Shown here: positions 27,001 to 40,119 of the stretch, piece after piece | Layout of the letters: each line of letters opens with the position of its first letter | How positions within the stretch are numbered: the stretch's first letter is position 1 | NCBI GenBank assembly: GCA_951406725.2 | Contig: OX597825.1 | Coordinates: 24,676,001-24,740,000, forward strand | Origin: Octopus vulgaris | Lineage: Eukaryota | Reading direction: 5' to 3' | DNA length: 64,000 nucleotides | Notes under the pieces: model-generated | What the model was told of the DNA's origin: nothing | The model's database searches: none | The model's input: the letters and a program-made list of their open reading frames with translations, nothing else | Position numbers and translations under genes: made by a program

Positions 27001-28299
27001 TTCAAATTCCGTCAAGGTCAACTTTGCCTTTCATCCTTTCGGGGTCAATAAATTAAGTAACAGTTACACACTGGGGTCGATGTAATCGACTTAATCCCTT
27101 TGTCCTTGTTTGTCCCCTCTGGGTGTAGTCACTTGTGGGCAGTAAAGAAATAAGAATCATTAGCACACTGGGTGAAATGCTTAGTGGTATTTCATCTGCC
27201 ATTATGTTCTGAGTTCAAATTCTGCCATGGTCAACTTTGCCTTTCATCCTTTTGGGGTCGATAAATTAAGTACCAGTTACCTGATGGGGATCGATCTAAT
27301 TGACTGGCCCCCTCCCCAAAAATTTTGGGCCTTGTGCCAAGAATAGAAAAGAATAATAGAGTAGCTAGGACCACATTATCTAATATGGCTTGGATGTGTT
27401 TTAGGACGAATTGATGTGAAGTATATTTCACTCATTAAGCTCACACAAAATTGACCCCTTTTAACCAGGGATGTTAACAGCTCAAAATAAGTTTTAGTTA
27501 TGTACTTTGGCTAAATATTTTTTTAACATTATGGTGATGGTATTGGTGTTGGTGTTCTTGTTGATGGTGGTGGTGGTGGTGGTGGTGATGGTATTTGCAA
27601 TGGTATTTGTGGTATTGGAGATATCTACAATGGTGATGGTGTTTATGGTGATGGTGATGATGATGGTGTGCTATTTTTAGTGGTGATTGTGATGAGGTGG
27701 TGTTGATGGTGGTGTTCATAACGGTATTTGTGGTGGTGATATTCATGGTTGTGTTGGCATTGTTTTGGGGATGAAAGCAGAGCAGAGAGGTTGGGCTTTT
27801 ATTGGTGGTGGTGGTGGTGGTGGTGGTGGTATTTTTCCTTGATTATTGTGATGATGATGATGATGGTAGTGTTTCTGAGGGTTGTTGCAGCAAGAAACTT
27901 GCTAATACAGACTGTCGTTAATTAAAATGATAAACACGACGATGCCAACAATGATGATGATAATGATGATGATGGTAGTGGCAGTGGCAGTGACGGTGAT
28001 GATGCTGATGTTGATAATGACAATGATGACGATGACAACGACAGCTATAATAATGATGATGATGATGATGACAACAACGACAGCAATGATGAAAATTAAA
28101 TACCTTGTGGTATCTAATTTTGCTTTTTTTTTACATTCCGTTCAGAGTTCAAATCACTCCAAAGAAAAATTTGCATTTCACCCTTTCTCAGTTAATAAAT
28201 TAGTACCAGTAAAATACTGGGAGAGATATGACCAACAATCATAATCATCATCTACAAAATATTTGCTAAATTGCAGCGTACCTTCCCTACATTGGACAC

Positions 28300-28770
28300 T
28301 GCTTGTGAAGACTTGTTGAAGCAAGTGAAATCGGAATCGAAATCAAATTCGATAACTGGCATCCGTGCTAGTAGAACACTAAGAGCACCATCCGAGCATG
28401 ATCATTGCCAGAGCAGCTAACTGGTGTTCATGCCGGTGGCACGTAAAAAGCACCATTCGAGCGTGATCATTACCAGTGTCGCCTTACTGGCACTTGTGCC
28501 GGTGTGCAGATGACACGTAAAAAAAACCCGATTTTTCCGTAGCCATTGCCAGTACCGCCTGACTGGCCATCGTGCCGGTGGCATGTAAAAGCACCCGCTA
28601 CACTCTCAGAGTGGTTGGCATTAGGAAGGGCATCCAGCTATAGAAACTCTGCCAGATCAAGATTGGAGCCTGGTGCAGCCATCTGGTTCACCAGCCCTCA
28701 GTCAAATCGTCCAACCCATGCTAGCATGGAAAGCGGACGATAAACAATGATGATGATGATGATGATGTTC
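28300..28770 (+). mobile_element. RTE-3'UTR-type element with a tandem ~66-bp hairpin array
   Basis: Repeated TGCCGGTGGCACGTAAAAAGCACC units, the RTE-type 3' end and (ATG)n. A sister copy lies at 42045-42570. Confidence 0.8.
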
Positions 28771-28854
28771 TTCCATAATACATGGACACTCAAGTCCCCA
28801 GCAGGTGCAATTACGGCAGTTAATTGAGCCATTTAATTTAAATCTAGCCTCATC

Positions 28855-29240
28855 ACCCCAAGCAATCTTTGTTCGAATGTCTGCAACTTAAGTACCACTC
28901 AGAAAATTCCACTCTTTGGTTTGGATCATCTTCATTGAGAGCATGGACTATTCTTGGAATGTAACTTTTCCAATGATAGCACTTCAAAACGTGATAAATG
29001 CTTGATTTTGAAATTCCCATTTCTGAACTTGCTTGCTGCACAGATTTTCTTCAACCCTAGCAATACGCTTCTAGTACCGTTTCTTGATTTGTGGGGACTT
29101 ATTAATGTCCATAGCCTCCCGGAACATTTCCTGTGGACATTCTAAACAGTTCCATCTAATTCAAACTTCTCTCTAATTTAAATGATGGTAAGTTTTATAT
29201 AAAAACAATTTAATACCAAACTAAAGGATTACTCAATAAT
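28855..29240 (-). mobile_element. Tc1/mariner-superfamily transposase fossil
   Basis: [50 protein letters not shown]. Confidence 0.75.
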
Positions 29241-29485
29241 GTTTTAATAGATTGCATATTACTTGATTTTTACAAGTGAAAGGCTGACAGTGACTTCCGA
29301 GTTTTAGCTTGTTTGCTGTCGTCAATAAACTGAAGACTCAAGTATGCTTGAGTATGCATCCAGCCATGGAAGCAAATCACTGGAATCAGCTGCAGCTCTC
29401 CTGTTCCGGTCAAACCATCTAACCCATGCCAGCATGGAAAGCAGGTAGTAAATAATGATGGTGATGATGATGATGTATATATATT

Positions 29486-29518
<33 letters not shown>

Positions 29519-29714
29519 ATGTATGTCATTATTCGGTTTTGTTTTGAGATTTCTTGCCAATGGAGAAAGAGCCGGTTTCTAACCTAGATCCAAAGCTCCT
29601 TCATTGGAATTTCAACTTCAACAACAGGATATTTTTGCCAGTATATATGTATGTATATATGTATGTATTTATGTATGTATGTATGTATGTATGTATGTAT
29701 GTATGTATGTATGA

Positions 29715-30012
29715 GACAGATGAGTGACAACCTGGCCACTGGTGGTGGTGTAACACACCATACTAATCATATCTGTTGGGCATGTGGAAGAGAGTGTAAT
29801 TCGACAGGAGGACTTAAACGACATGCAAAGGTACATGAAGCCCAGTTACAACTACGGCCGGCTATTACCAGTAAAGGTTTTAGTTGCCAATTCTGTACAA
29901 GACATTGTAGATCTTTAGCTGGGCTAAAAAGTCACATTCGACCACAGCACCAGTAACAGTTAAGCTTCGTGCAATGGCCATACTCGATAATGAGGGGGCA
30001 GCCATAATAATT
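29715..30012 (+). mobile_element. 3' end of an RTE-clade LINE with two C2H2-like fingers, inserted in (TATG)n
   Basis: CWACGRECNSTGGLKRHAKVH and CQFCTRHCRSLAGLKSHIR, then a stop, a short 3' UTR and a (TAA)n tail; no splice signals. Confidence 0.7.
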
Positions 30013-31058
30013 TATGTATGTATGTATGTATGTATGTACGCTGATTTGTATGTTTTGTTTTATGATGATGATGATGTATGTATTCTCATGCATATAGTCA
30101 CATATCTAGACATACTCATGTATATTTAAACGATGAACTTGCATGTATGTATAATTCACATGGAGATTATCAACAACAATAACATTACAAGTATAGTTTT
30201 TGTTTGTCAGAATGTCACTTCGATACCGTAGTACATTTCACTGCTTGTTGGGGCGATCAGCATCAATGTTATGGTACCTATTTAACAGCCAGACTGACTG
30301 GCCTGACAAGACACAAACATCTTTAACATGAAATTATCACAACACAATGCAACACAGGTGGATACAAACTACAATCTTTTCAGTCAATATTGTTGTTATG
30401 GCATAAGGAAGGAAAAATACATTAGTTTATAAATAACAAGATGGCACCAACAAACCTGTTGTAAAATTCGGAAATTCGATATTTGTGTGTTTGTGTGTAT
30501 ATATATATATATATATTATATATATTTACTTTGATGTTGTGTATTTTTATTAGTTGGTGTATATTTGTAAAAGATTCCGGTCGATTATACTTAGATTAAT
30601 ATGACATCTCGTATTATTAAATTTATCTCCATCAACCGGAAAGACGTGCACAGCCATATCTGCAAACTGACAATAATAGATTTGTATAAAGTATTGTTAG
30701 CTTAAGATGAGAAGTAATTTATCTTCTCAAGATATTGGCTCTTTCTTATTCAACCGATCTTATTCAATTATCACAGTAAATCAGAGGTAAGCTATATGTG
30801 AACTATGTCTGTAAGCAAATCCTGATTTTTTTTTTTCACTGTTAAGCAATTTTCATTTCATGACAGCCATTGTTAAAACGAGCCTCGTAAGACTTGAGAC
30901 ACCCTCTAAGCATTTGTGCTTAACTCTAGTATAATACTATGACATAGTTAAAAATATTAATAAATCCCCCTTCCCGGCCTCTTCACACCCCTAACACTAC
31001 CCAGGTATTTTTCTGGTATTTTCTGGTTTCAGATAAAATCTGTGAATAGGAATATGTA

Positions 31059-31580
31059 CCATAAATCCTCGAGTATAATCCACCTTTTTTTCCCAAAATT
31101 TAAAGGTCAAAATCCCTCATGCATACTATTTACGAGGTTGAAAATGAAAAATATATTCTAAGCAATGTCAGAGTCTCTATTTGCTGTCCGGCAATGTTTA
31201 TTCAGACGCATTTTGTGATGTCGGGCACGAAAATACCTTAAGCTAAGCCTAAAAGCAATGAAGTCATAAAAGAATCATCCATAACTTGCAGTAAGCAACA
31301 TTTATTAAAATAAAAGTATTCAGAACACAGAATAACATGTAACAAAAACAATTTGCAAACATATTTACATTCCCATATAACAGTTAAGAACATCACCATT
31401 ATTGTATTACACATGCGCGGAAGTTTTTGTTCGACTAGGTGCTGCTGGCTTAATTACGCATGACTCACGTTAGAGAAAGGGTGCGTATTATACACAAGAT
31501 TTAGGTTTTTCAGAGGTACAGCCCCCTAAAAATCCCCTGTGTATTATACTCAAGGGCGGACTATACTCGAGGATTTACGG
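31059..31580. mobile_element. pogo/Tc2-like MITE
   Basis: TIRs CCATAAATCCTCGAGTATA and TATACTCGAGGATTTACGG, TA on both sides, plus subterminal repeats. Confidence 0.85.
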
Positions 31581-32129
31581 TACATAGATAAAGTTTACAC
31601 AAGAAATAATTGTTACAGTTACAGTATTTGAAAAGAGCTTGTTATGCCTTGGGAGGGTCATAATGCCAATAACCATAAACACATGCACTGGTTCAATATC
31701 ACTTCTTTATTGTTAGTCAATTGGTTAAATATCTAACCGATCATTTGTTTAATGTGCTGGTCAAGCAATCACTTGGTTGTTTGTTTGTTAAAGTCTTTTC
31801 ATCACTATTCATGACCTTGTTAGTGACATGCATATTCTTGCAGAACTTAGCTGACCAGTTATTGTTGCATGTTACACTACTCCTATGACCTTTTTGCTGT
31901 AATACAAAGATAATGTTGGCCTTTGTATTTCATTTTCCTATGTATAGGCATAGGAGTGGCTGTGTGGTAAGTAGCTTGCTTACCAACCACATGGTTCCGG
32001 GTTCAGTTCCACTGCGTGGCACCTTGAGCATGTGTCTTCTACTATAGCCTCAGGCCAACCAAAGCCTTGTGAGTGGATTTCGTGGACGGGAACTGAAGGA
32101 ATCCCATCATATATATATATATATATATA

Positions 32130-32340
32130 TAAAGTTAATCCAAACGTGAAAACACAAAGAGAAAACACAACAATGCAAGGACGTGGAACAAGTATAGTAT
32201 TATTGGACACTCAGGAAAGGAAAGAAAGAAGGAAAATTTAATGTTTCGAGTAGAGCTCTTCATCAGAAACATAGGAAAAGGAAAGATCCGAGGAAGAGAA
32301 GATGGAGGGAAAAAAATCACCAACGATACACACGCGGTCA
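32130..32340 (-). mobile_element. HHR-bearing element inserted in the internal (TA)n of a CORE-type SINE
   Basis: Minus strand 32269-32237 reads TTT-CTGATGA-A-GAGC tct ACTC-GAAAC-ATT-AAA. Confidence 0.65.
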
Positions 32341-32343
32341 CAT

Positions 32344-32400
<57 letters not shown>

Positions 32401-33149
32401 CCTGTGTTTGTCCCCCCAACATTGCTTGACAACTGATGCTGGTGTCAAGCAATAATAAAATAAGTACTAGGCTTACAAAGAATATGTCCTGGGGTCGATT
32501 TGCTCAACTAAAAGGCGGTGCTCCAGCATGGCCACAATCAAATGACTGAAACAAGTAAAAGTGTAAAAGAGTAACTCGCACAAAGACCTCTTGCTTTTGT
32601 TTTTGTTTTTGGTGATGTCTTTCTTTCTAAGCTGACATTTTCAACTCTTGAGCTTGTCAAAGTGTTAATGTCTGTATTTACAAATATTATTTGTTTTCTT
32701 GTCCTTATTTCTTCTTTATACCTTCTTTATGCTCTGGGTTTTTTTTTTATGTTTGTTCTAAAGTTTTCAGAGCCCCTTTCTTCTTAATATTTTGGGCGCA
32801 TATTCACTGCTAACATTTTTTGTGGTTAGTACACCTCATATGATCTCCCACCACCTTCAAACGCTTTCTGCCTTTATTCACTTAATAAACAAATATTTTT
32901 GCAGATACAAAATATTAAGAAATTTCCATTCCAGTTTAATGGGGCAGACGCTTAAATGTTTTAAAGTCATTAATTGGCAAAATAAGATAAAATAGAAAAA
33001 CAAACTTCCTTTCCATTAGATTAAACATGGCAGATACGATTCTTCTCTGGAACCATTAGGAAATGTCTGCTCATCACAAAAATACAACATCCACTACTAT
33101 TGCCACTGCCTCAGCAGCAGCAGCAGCAGTGGTGGTATTGGTGGTGGTG

Positions 33150-33193
<44 letters not shown>

Positions 33194-33711
33194 TTCTAAA
33201 TTTGGTGCAAACTGTTTTCCTTTTTTTTTTTTAATCTTAAATAATTTCCAAATTACTAAAAGATTTAAATTGTATGTGTTTTTATAAAAAAGTAGGTTTT
33301 TTTTTATACAAAGAAACCCAAGTTATATAGCTTACAAAAAATATTTATTTCTTAAAAATAATTGCTGTGTCAACTGTATATCATAAATCTTCGAATTTAT
33401 TAATAAAATTCTGAATGTCACTGTGAGTCACTGGAACTTTTATATTAAAGAGTATTAGTGAACATTCATCAAATATATATATATATCAAATGTAAGAAAA
33501 TCTTTTTAAACTTTATATATGAATACATTCTTTAGCATTTATAACAATAATAATGATTTTAAGGATTTAGTTCATAAATATTTTTAAATGGTGTAACCAA
33601 GAATTTTGCTGGAATCCCTGAAGAAGCAAGTTCGTATTTATATACATACACAACCCTACTTAGCACTTCTGTTCTGTATTTCAGATATACACACAGACAC
33701 ACACATACATA

Positions 33712-33921
33712 CAGTAACCCCTCGACTGTCACTGCTGTTATGTTCAAAAACCCCCTGCGATAAGTGAAAATCCATGAAGTGTACTGCATATTTTTTTAAT
33801 TATTCTTAGAATTTGTATATATTTATTTCATTATAAACGCAAGACAACACTACGGAGGAACTGACGTAAGCTTAAATAATAAACCATGATAGGTGACCCG
33901 CAATATGGTGAGGGATTCCTG
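33712..33921. mobile_element. Tigger-like MITE
   Basis: Imperfect TIRs CAGTAACCCCTCG and TGAGGGATTCCTG. Confidence 0.6.
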
Positions 33922-34639
33922 TGCAGATATATATAAATACATTCTTATATATATATATATATGTGTGTGTATGTGTTATTATGACCCCCTTCGGTCATGA
34001 CTGACCATGGGTTTGCGCCTAGAAAGGTTGTTTATGGAAGACCAGCAGTCGCCCATGCATACCAGCCTCCCCCTCTCCATGCCACCAGTGTTATCCAAAG
34101 GAAAGGCAAAGGGGCCGATACAGCTTGGCACCAGTGATGTCGCAACTCATTTCTACAGCTGAGTGAACTGGAGCAACGTGAAATAAAGTGTTTTCCTCAA
34201 GCACACAACATACAGCCTGGTCCGGGATTCGAACTCACAACCTCACTATCATAAGCTCGACGCTCTAACCACTGAGCCATGTGCCTTCACATGTGTATGT
34301 GTGTATATACATATATATAAATACATACATACATATACATATACTTATATATGTCAAATCCTCTGTGTGTTAACATGGGCTTTCTAGCAGCAATGTAAAC
34401 TTCATTTAATCAAGATATTCTTGACCTGCGGAGTAGCCTGCTGTACCCACATCACTTGGATATTATATATATATTATGAAGCATATATATATATTATGAA
34501 GGCAGGTGGCTTCATGGTTAGGGTATGTGTCTCATGATCATAAAAGAAATCATAAGGTTTTGAGTTTGATTCCCAGAAGTATTTTGTGTCCTTAAGCAAG
34601 ACACTTTATTTCACATTGATCCAGTCCACTCATTTAAAA

Positions 34640-34854
34640 AAACCATTAAAAATTCAATAGAACTAACTTTTTTGTGAATTTGCTATCCAAGACCCAATCA
34701 AAATGCCTGAAACTTGATACGCCAATTGAATGCCAGCTAGCTGTATGTGATTGGTCAGAAATTTGGGCAGTACTCGCGTGTACGTGCGCATGCACGCAGC
34801 TGTATATGCATGCACTAGCACTATGACCCAGCAATGCCGGGTCATAGTGCTAGT
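34640..34854 (+). mobile_element. Helitron-like short element ending in hairpin plus CTAG
   Basis: Ends ACTAGCACTATGACCC-AGCAATGCC-GGGTCATAGTGCTAGT; the left boundary is uncertain. Confidence 0.5.
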
Positions 34855-34997
34855 ATTTGATAAGATGGATACATCAAAACCAGTAATATTTTATGAAGCA
34901 TTCTCTAAAATATACTTCTGTGACTTTTCCAACTTTATTTACTTTTTTTAACTATAATTTTTGATTTGTAATGACTCCTAACCACTTTTCATCTATA

Positions 34998-35038
<41 letters not shown>

Positions 35039-35608
35039 TATATATATTTATAATATACTGTTCAAAGTGATGTCATATACGGAATAGACACTGACAGTTG
35101 TCATTGGTGTGTGATATTTCTGAGAATTTCAAAGGAACCTCTTGTCTGTGTTTGTCTGAAGTTGACTTATGATCTTTGATCCATTCTAGCTTTATTTCCT
35201 TGTTGATTGTCATCAGAGAAAGGACGAGATGTAAAATGTTCAGGGATCGATTACCTCTGCTGGGAATTAAGAAATTCTCTCTCCAGGTGAAGAATAGTAT
35301 GCTGATGTTCGCGAGTAAAGAATGTTGTTGCATGATTGATGAATGCAAAGGATATTCTTTTATTTTTTTACTTTTTTACTTGTTTCAGTCATTTGACTGC
35401 GGCCATGCTGGAGCACCACCTTTAGTCGAGCAAATCGATCCCAGGGCTTATTCTTTGTAAGCCTAGTACTTATTTTATTGATTTTTTTTGCCGAACCGCT
35501 AAGTCACGGGAACGTAAACAAACCAGCATCTGTTGTCAAGCGATGTTGGGGAGACAAACACAGACAGACACACAAACATATACACACACGTACATATATA
35601 TATATATA

Positions 35609-35657
<49 letters not shown>

Positions 35658-35737
35658 TAATAAATATTAGGGAATAAATCCAAACACTTACAGGGAAAAA
35701 TCAGATTTAGGATTGAATCCAATTTTATAGTAAAATA

Positions 35738-36112
35738 TTATATTATATTAAATTAGAGATAAAACCACTATTAGGCAAATCATACAATGAAAAACTTAAG
35801 CCAATACATAAGATTATTTAATTTATATTATTTAAATATATAACAAAATTATTAAAAAAATATAATTAATATAACACTACGATCGTTTCATGGCTGTTAA
35901 TTTCTTTAAATTTTCGGGTTAGAGTCATTCATCAGGTGGTTTAAATATTTAACTTGGTGAGGTTTAATCAGTGTTATATTAATTATATTTTTTTAATAAT
36001 TTTGTTATATATTTAAATAATATAAATTAAATAATCTTATGTATTGGCTTAAGTTTTTCATTGTATGATTTGCCTAATAGTGGTTTTATCTCTAATTTAA
36101 TATAATATATAT
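35738..36112. repeat. Near-perfect inverted repeat (arms about 138 bp) enclosing an HHR
   Basis: 35738-35878 is the reverse complement of 35970-36112; (TA)n lies on both sides. Confidence 0.92.
35875..35938 (-). ncRNA. Type I hammerhead ribozyme motif
   Basis: CAC-CTGATGA-ATGACT..AGCCAT-GAAAC-GATC-GTA-GTG: intact core, palindromic stem III ACGATCGT, GUA cleavage triplet. Confidence 0.78.
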
Positions 36113-36373
36113 ACATATATATATATATATACACATATATACATATATACGACAGGCTTCTTTCAGTCTCCGTCTACCAAATCCACTCACAAGGCTTTGG
36201 TTGGCCCAAGGCTATAGTAGAAGACACTTGACCATGCACTGGGACTGAACCCGGAACCATGTGGTTGGTAAGCAAGCTACTTACCACATACCCACTCCTA
36301 CACCTATATGCAAAGGTTAGGAAAGAAATGAGGGTGACCGTGCTCCAACGATGGGTCTTTTTTTTCCTTTTAC

Positions 36374-36580
36374 CTGCAACAAGCAATAGTGGTGTTTTAC
36401 AATTTTGAAAAGGCAGACACAGATAACAGTAATCTTTTACAATTTTTGTGCAGCAAATAACAATAGACTTTTACAATTTTCATGCAACAGGTAACAGTGA
36501 ATATGCAATTTTGGTAAAGCAGATGACAATGGTCTTCTACAATTTCAGCATAGCAGACAACAGTGGCCTTTTAGAATTAG
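36374..36580. repeat. Degenerate ~37-bp minisatellite (5-6 units)
   Basis: Recurring GCAgAtAACAgT..cTTTTACAATTTT. Confidence 0.7.
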
Positions 36581-37972
36581 ATTTCACTTGACTAGACCTA
36601 GACGGGTCTTTGTGTGGAAGCTTTTAACTCTTTTATTCTTGTTTAACCCATGTCAGTTTTTGTTTAATAAAGCTAAAATTGAAACCATTCCAACTATGAC
36701 TATTTCGTTTTTAGGGGTAATTCCTTTTACGTTCTTTTAATAGAGTAGGGGTCGATTTTAGGGAAATTTTTCTGCTGTTCCTGTCAGATTGAATCGCTAA
36801 ATCAAGACACCCACGCTGGCTTGCTTTTAGCTATTATTTAAACTTTGCTGTATTTCCCAGTCTACCGGACAGAACAGAAAGACTTCTCTGATGGAAATAA
36901 TTAAATTCTTAGTTTGAACATGAGACAGTAAATACGGTAACTACTCAAACAGATCTGGAGAATGTTTAAATATTAGTCAGAAGCACATAGCTTGCACTTG
37001 CAGACAGATTAGTCACATAAATAGCTGTGCTGTGTATTATATTATTTGTATTGCAGAACAAAGATTGTATCAGACAAGAACTTTCTTCATTTCGTGTTGC
37101 ATTAAAGAATTTGTTTACTTTAAGGAAGCATTTTTTTTTATCTTTCTTTGATTGGTAAATGATCTATTGGGAATTTCTTTCATGTATTGTTTAGCATAAT
37201 CTAAACTAAGTGCTTCAGAGCTGTTCCAATGTAGTTCTTTCATCATTATGGCATATTGAAGGCAGAATAATTCAAATAATTCTTTAGTTTCATTAAGCAT
37301 GTCGTTTACCTTCTTAAGATAATCCACGAAAATCTTCATGTAGGTAGGTATTAAGCAACCATTTTATTGCGTTTCAGATAATGTTGAGTTAAGTTTACTC
37401 ATCATATAACTCGCTTTCTATGTAGTCACTCAATCTGCTGGAAATAAAAGCCAAATCTCATGAAAATCTGCACAAACGTCTTACAACAAGGAAAAAAATC
37501 GAATTGGAAGCAATAGTCCTAGATGCCTTTAAACTATTCTTATTTCGTGATTACTCACAAGGGGCTAAACATTGAGAAGACAAATAAGGACAGACAAAGG
37601 GATTAAGTCAATTACATCGACCCTAGTGCATAACTGGTACTTTAGTTATCAACCTCGAAAGGATGAAAGGCAAAATCGACCTCGGTGGAATTTGAACTCA
37701 GAACATAACGACAGACGAAATACTACTAAGCATTTCACCCGGCGTGCTAACATTTCTGCCAGCTCACCACCTTACTATTTAAATTATTCTATGCCTTAAT
37801 AGTCCATGCCTTTAAAATATTAAGATTGCAGAGGCCAGAAAGTTTTTAATCATAGCTCAGCTCAGTCAGTTAGGGTTGAGCAACCACTGACAACAACAAC
37901 AACAGCAACAACATACAAACCAACTTTACCTGACATACATCTCATTCTCATACATCTTTATCAATTCTTCAT

Positions 37973-38743
37973 ATATTGGGTCATCCCATAAATAATGCAG
38001 TTTTTTCAATTGCATGAACTAAAAGTCGGAGGGGGACAGGATAAACTACCTGCATCAACTTGCTATAAAAGCAGGCAGTAACTTTACCCTGTTCTTATTC
38101 TCAGTGCAAGTTTTGAAAAGTGCAGTTCGATTTTAACAGTTATTTTTTCAAAGCTATAATGGAAGTGACAAAGGAGCATATTCAGTATATTTTGTTTTAT
38201 GAGTTCAATAAAGACTACAACGCTACAGAGAGTGCAAGGAATATTAATGTGAAGTATATGGGGGTCGGACAATAAGCATAAACCAGTGTCAGCAGTGGTT
38301 CCAGGAATTCTAAGCTGGAAACTACAGCCTAGAAAACAAGCCTTGTCCCGGAAAATTTGTAGAGCTCAACGAGGACGTCCTGCAAACCCTGGTGGGAAAA
38401 AATCCCATTGTAACTGTTGAGGAACTAGCAGAGAAGCTTGGATTTGCTCTTTCAACCATTCTCCAACACCTGTGTGCCATTGGGAAAGTCAGCAAATTGG
38501 GTCAATAGGTTCCTCACAAACTTTCTGAGTCTAACTGCACACAGAAGGTGAATGTGTGCTTTTCTTTCCTGCCACACATCATGAAGGAACCGTTTTGGGA
38601 TTGAATAGTGACTTGTGACAAGAAATGGGTTCTCTATGAAAATGTCAAGTACTGAAGGCAGTGGGTAGGCAAAGGAGAAACACCGGCACCCAGCCATGTA
38701 AGGTGTTGCTATGTTTGGTGGGATGTGAAAGGTGTAGTCTACT
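37973..38743 (+). pseudogene. mariner transposon 5' part with decayed transposase (ATG at 38159)
   Basis: TIR-like TATTGGGTCATCCCATAAATAA. MEVTKEHIQYILFYEFNK..EELAEKLGF..KLGQ*VPHKL..IVTCDKKWVLYEN contains the WVPHEL and DEKW motifs with stops and frameshifts. Confidence 0.9.
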
Positions 38744-39488
38744 TGGGGAATTACAACCGTGTTTTGTGGTCTGCTACCACAACAGCTCCTTTATAGGATC
38801 CAGTTAGCTCAAGACATCATCAGGGGGAACCACGTCCGGTTTCGGCCCCTACTCCTCTACCGTTTTGATGTGGTGGGGCCCCTCCTTTCGGAGGTGTCTT
38901 CAGCTCTGGTGTTGGGTGCATGTCTTCTTTCTTCTTCTTTCTTCTGTTCCCTGGCCTCTTCGATGTATCGTCAGCGAGTGTCAGCCGGTGACTGACTGTC
39001 TTGTCAAATTTTTCCCTTTAAATACCTGCCAAACTTTAAACCCAGACCAAACAACAGCAAAGGAGATCTACTGCTGGCCTTGTGTCAAACTTTAAGACCA
39101 ATAAGTCTATATGAAGTGTAGTTATTGAGTATTGCTTTGTCCATTTAGCCTCCAGTGCAGAGAAATCGTTTTTGGTCTGAATGATGGTTTCAATAATAAT
39201 AATTGGCATAATTAACAAGATTAATTATAACTAGTTAATTAGTTAATTAATAAATTATTGGATTCATTATTGCAGTTGAAAGCTAGTGGAAATAAAGAAC
39301 TCAATAGAATGACCAATACCTTACAGTGCCTTATTAAATACATTTCTGCATTTAGTTTCAGTGGTGTGTGGCCCAGTGGATAGGCTAGTTTGGCTCACTA
39401 TCATTAAGTAGTGGGTTCAATTCTTGGTGCAAGCAGTACATTGTAGACTGGCAAAAATAAATTTAAGACCAATGATAAAAGTTCTATT

Positions 39489-39694
39489 AAATCTCAGAAC
39501 GAGATGTAAACAGTAATCGCTCGACAATGTAAAGTATAAAAGCCATCACAATATGGCTAACCACAAAGGAGGGGGTGTAACTGTAGCTTTTTAGCCCCAG
39601 CTGGAGACGATGATCTCCTGGGGCTAAAAAGCTACAGTAACACCACCACCCCCTTTGTGGTTTGCCATATTGTGATGGCTTTTATACTTTACAT
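39489..39694. mobile_element. Fold-back insertion with 16-bp TSD
   Basis: Inverted arms of about 80 bp spanning 39525-39696; TGATAAAAGTTCTATT is duplicated at 39473-39488 and 39695-39710. Confidence 0.85.
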
Positions 39695-39845
39695 TGATAA
39701 AAGTTCTATTTATTACAAAATATTTTGTTACTAACGCTATAGAAATTATTTTTATCTTTTACACCTTTTGCAGAATTTATTTCTCTTTCGAATGATGCAT
39801 ACGATAACTATTTTTTATACAACGTGAAGAATTCTAATGCTAAAT

Positions 39846-39990
39846 TATAAGGTTGTCCCAAAAGTTCGTAGAGAGTCTTGGAAAATAATGGTCTTTATTT
39901 TGAGGAATAATTTTTGTTGTTTTTGTTAGTACTTGGCGAGTAAAAATTCAATTTTCGCAAGTGTTTATGAACTTTTGGGACAACCTAATA
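39846..39990. mobile_element. mariner-type MITE
   Basis: TIRs AGGTTGTCCCAAAAGTTCGTA and TATGAACTTTTGGGACAACCT. Confidence 0.85.
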
Positions 39991-40119
39991 ATATAAACGT
40001 GAGATGGGATGGGATGGGACGGAGTAGGGTGGGATGGTATGGGGTCGGGTGGGGTGGGGGATGATCTTGATTTTTGACAACTGCGGTGACATCTCTGAAC
40101 ATGTTTTTGAATTGATGAT

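Noticed and set aside
29651-29956. Host C2H2 zinc-finger gene exon
   Set aside because: The ORF starts in a microsatellite, has no splice sites and ends in a LINE-type UTR and tail; the finger pattern matches RTE C-termini.
30560-30786. Exon ending at the strong donor AG|GTAAGC
   Set aside because: No clear acceptor, and a stop in the phase needed to join exon B. It could be an alternative non-coding exon, but this is unsupported.
36900-37340. 74-aa minus-strand ORF with a downstream CxxC, possibly an RLE-LINE relic
   Set aside because: Too degenerate to assign without a profile search.
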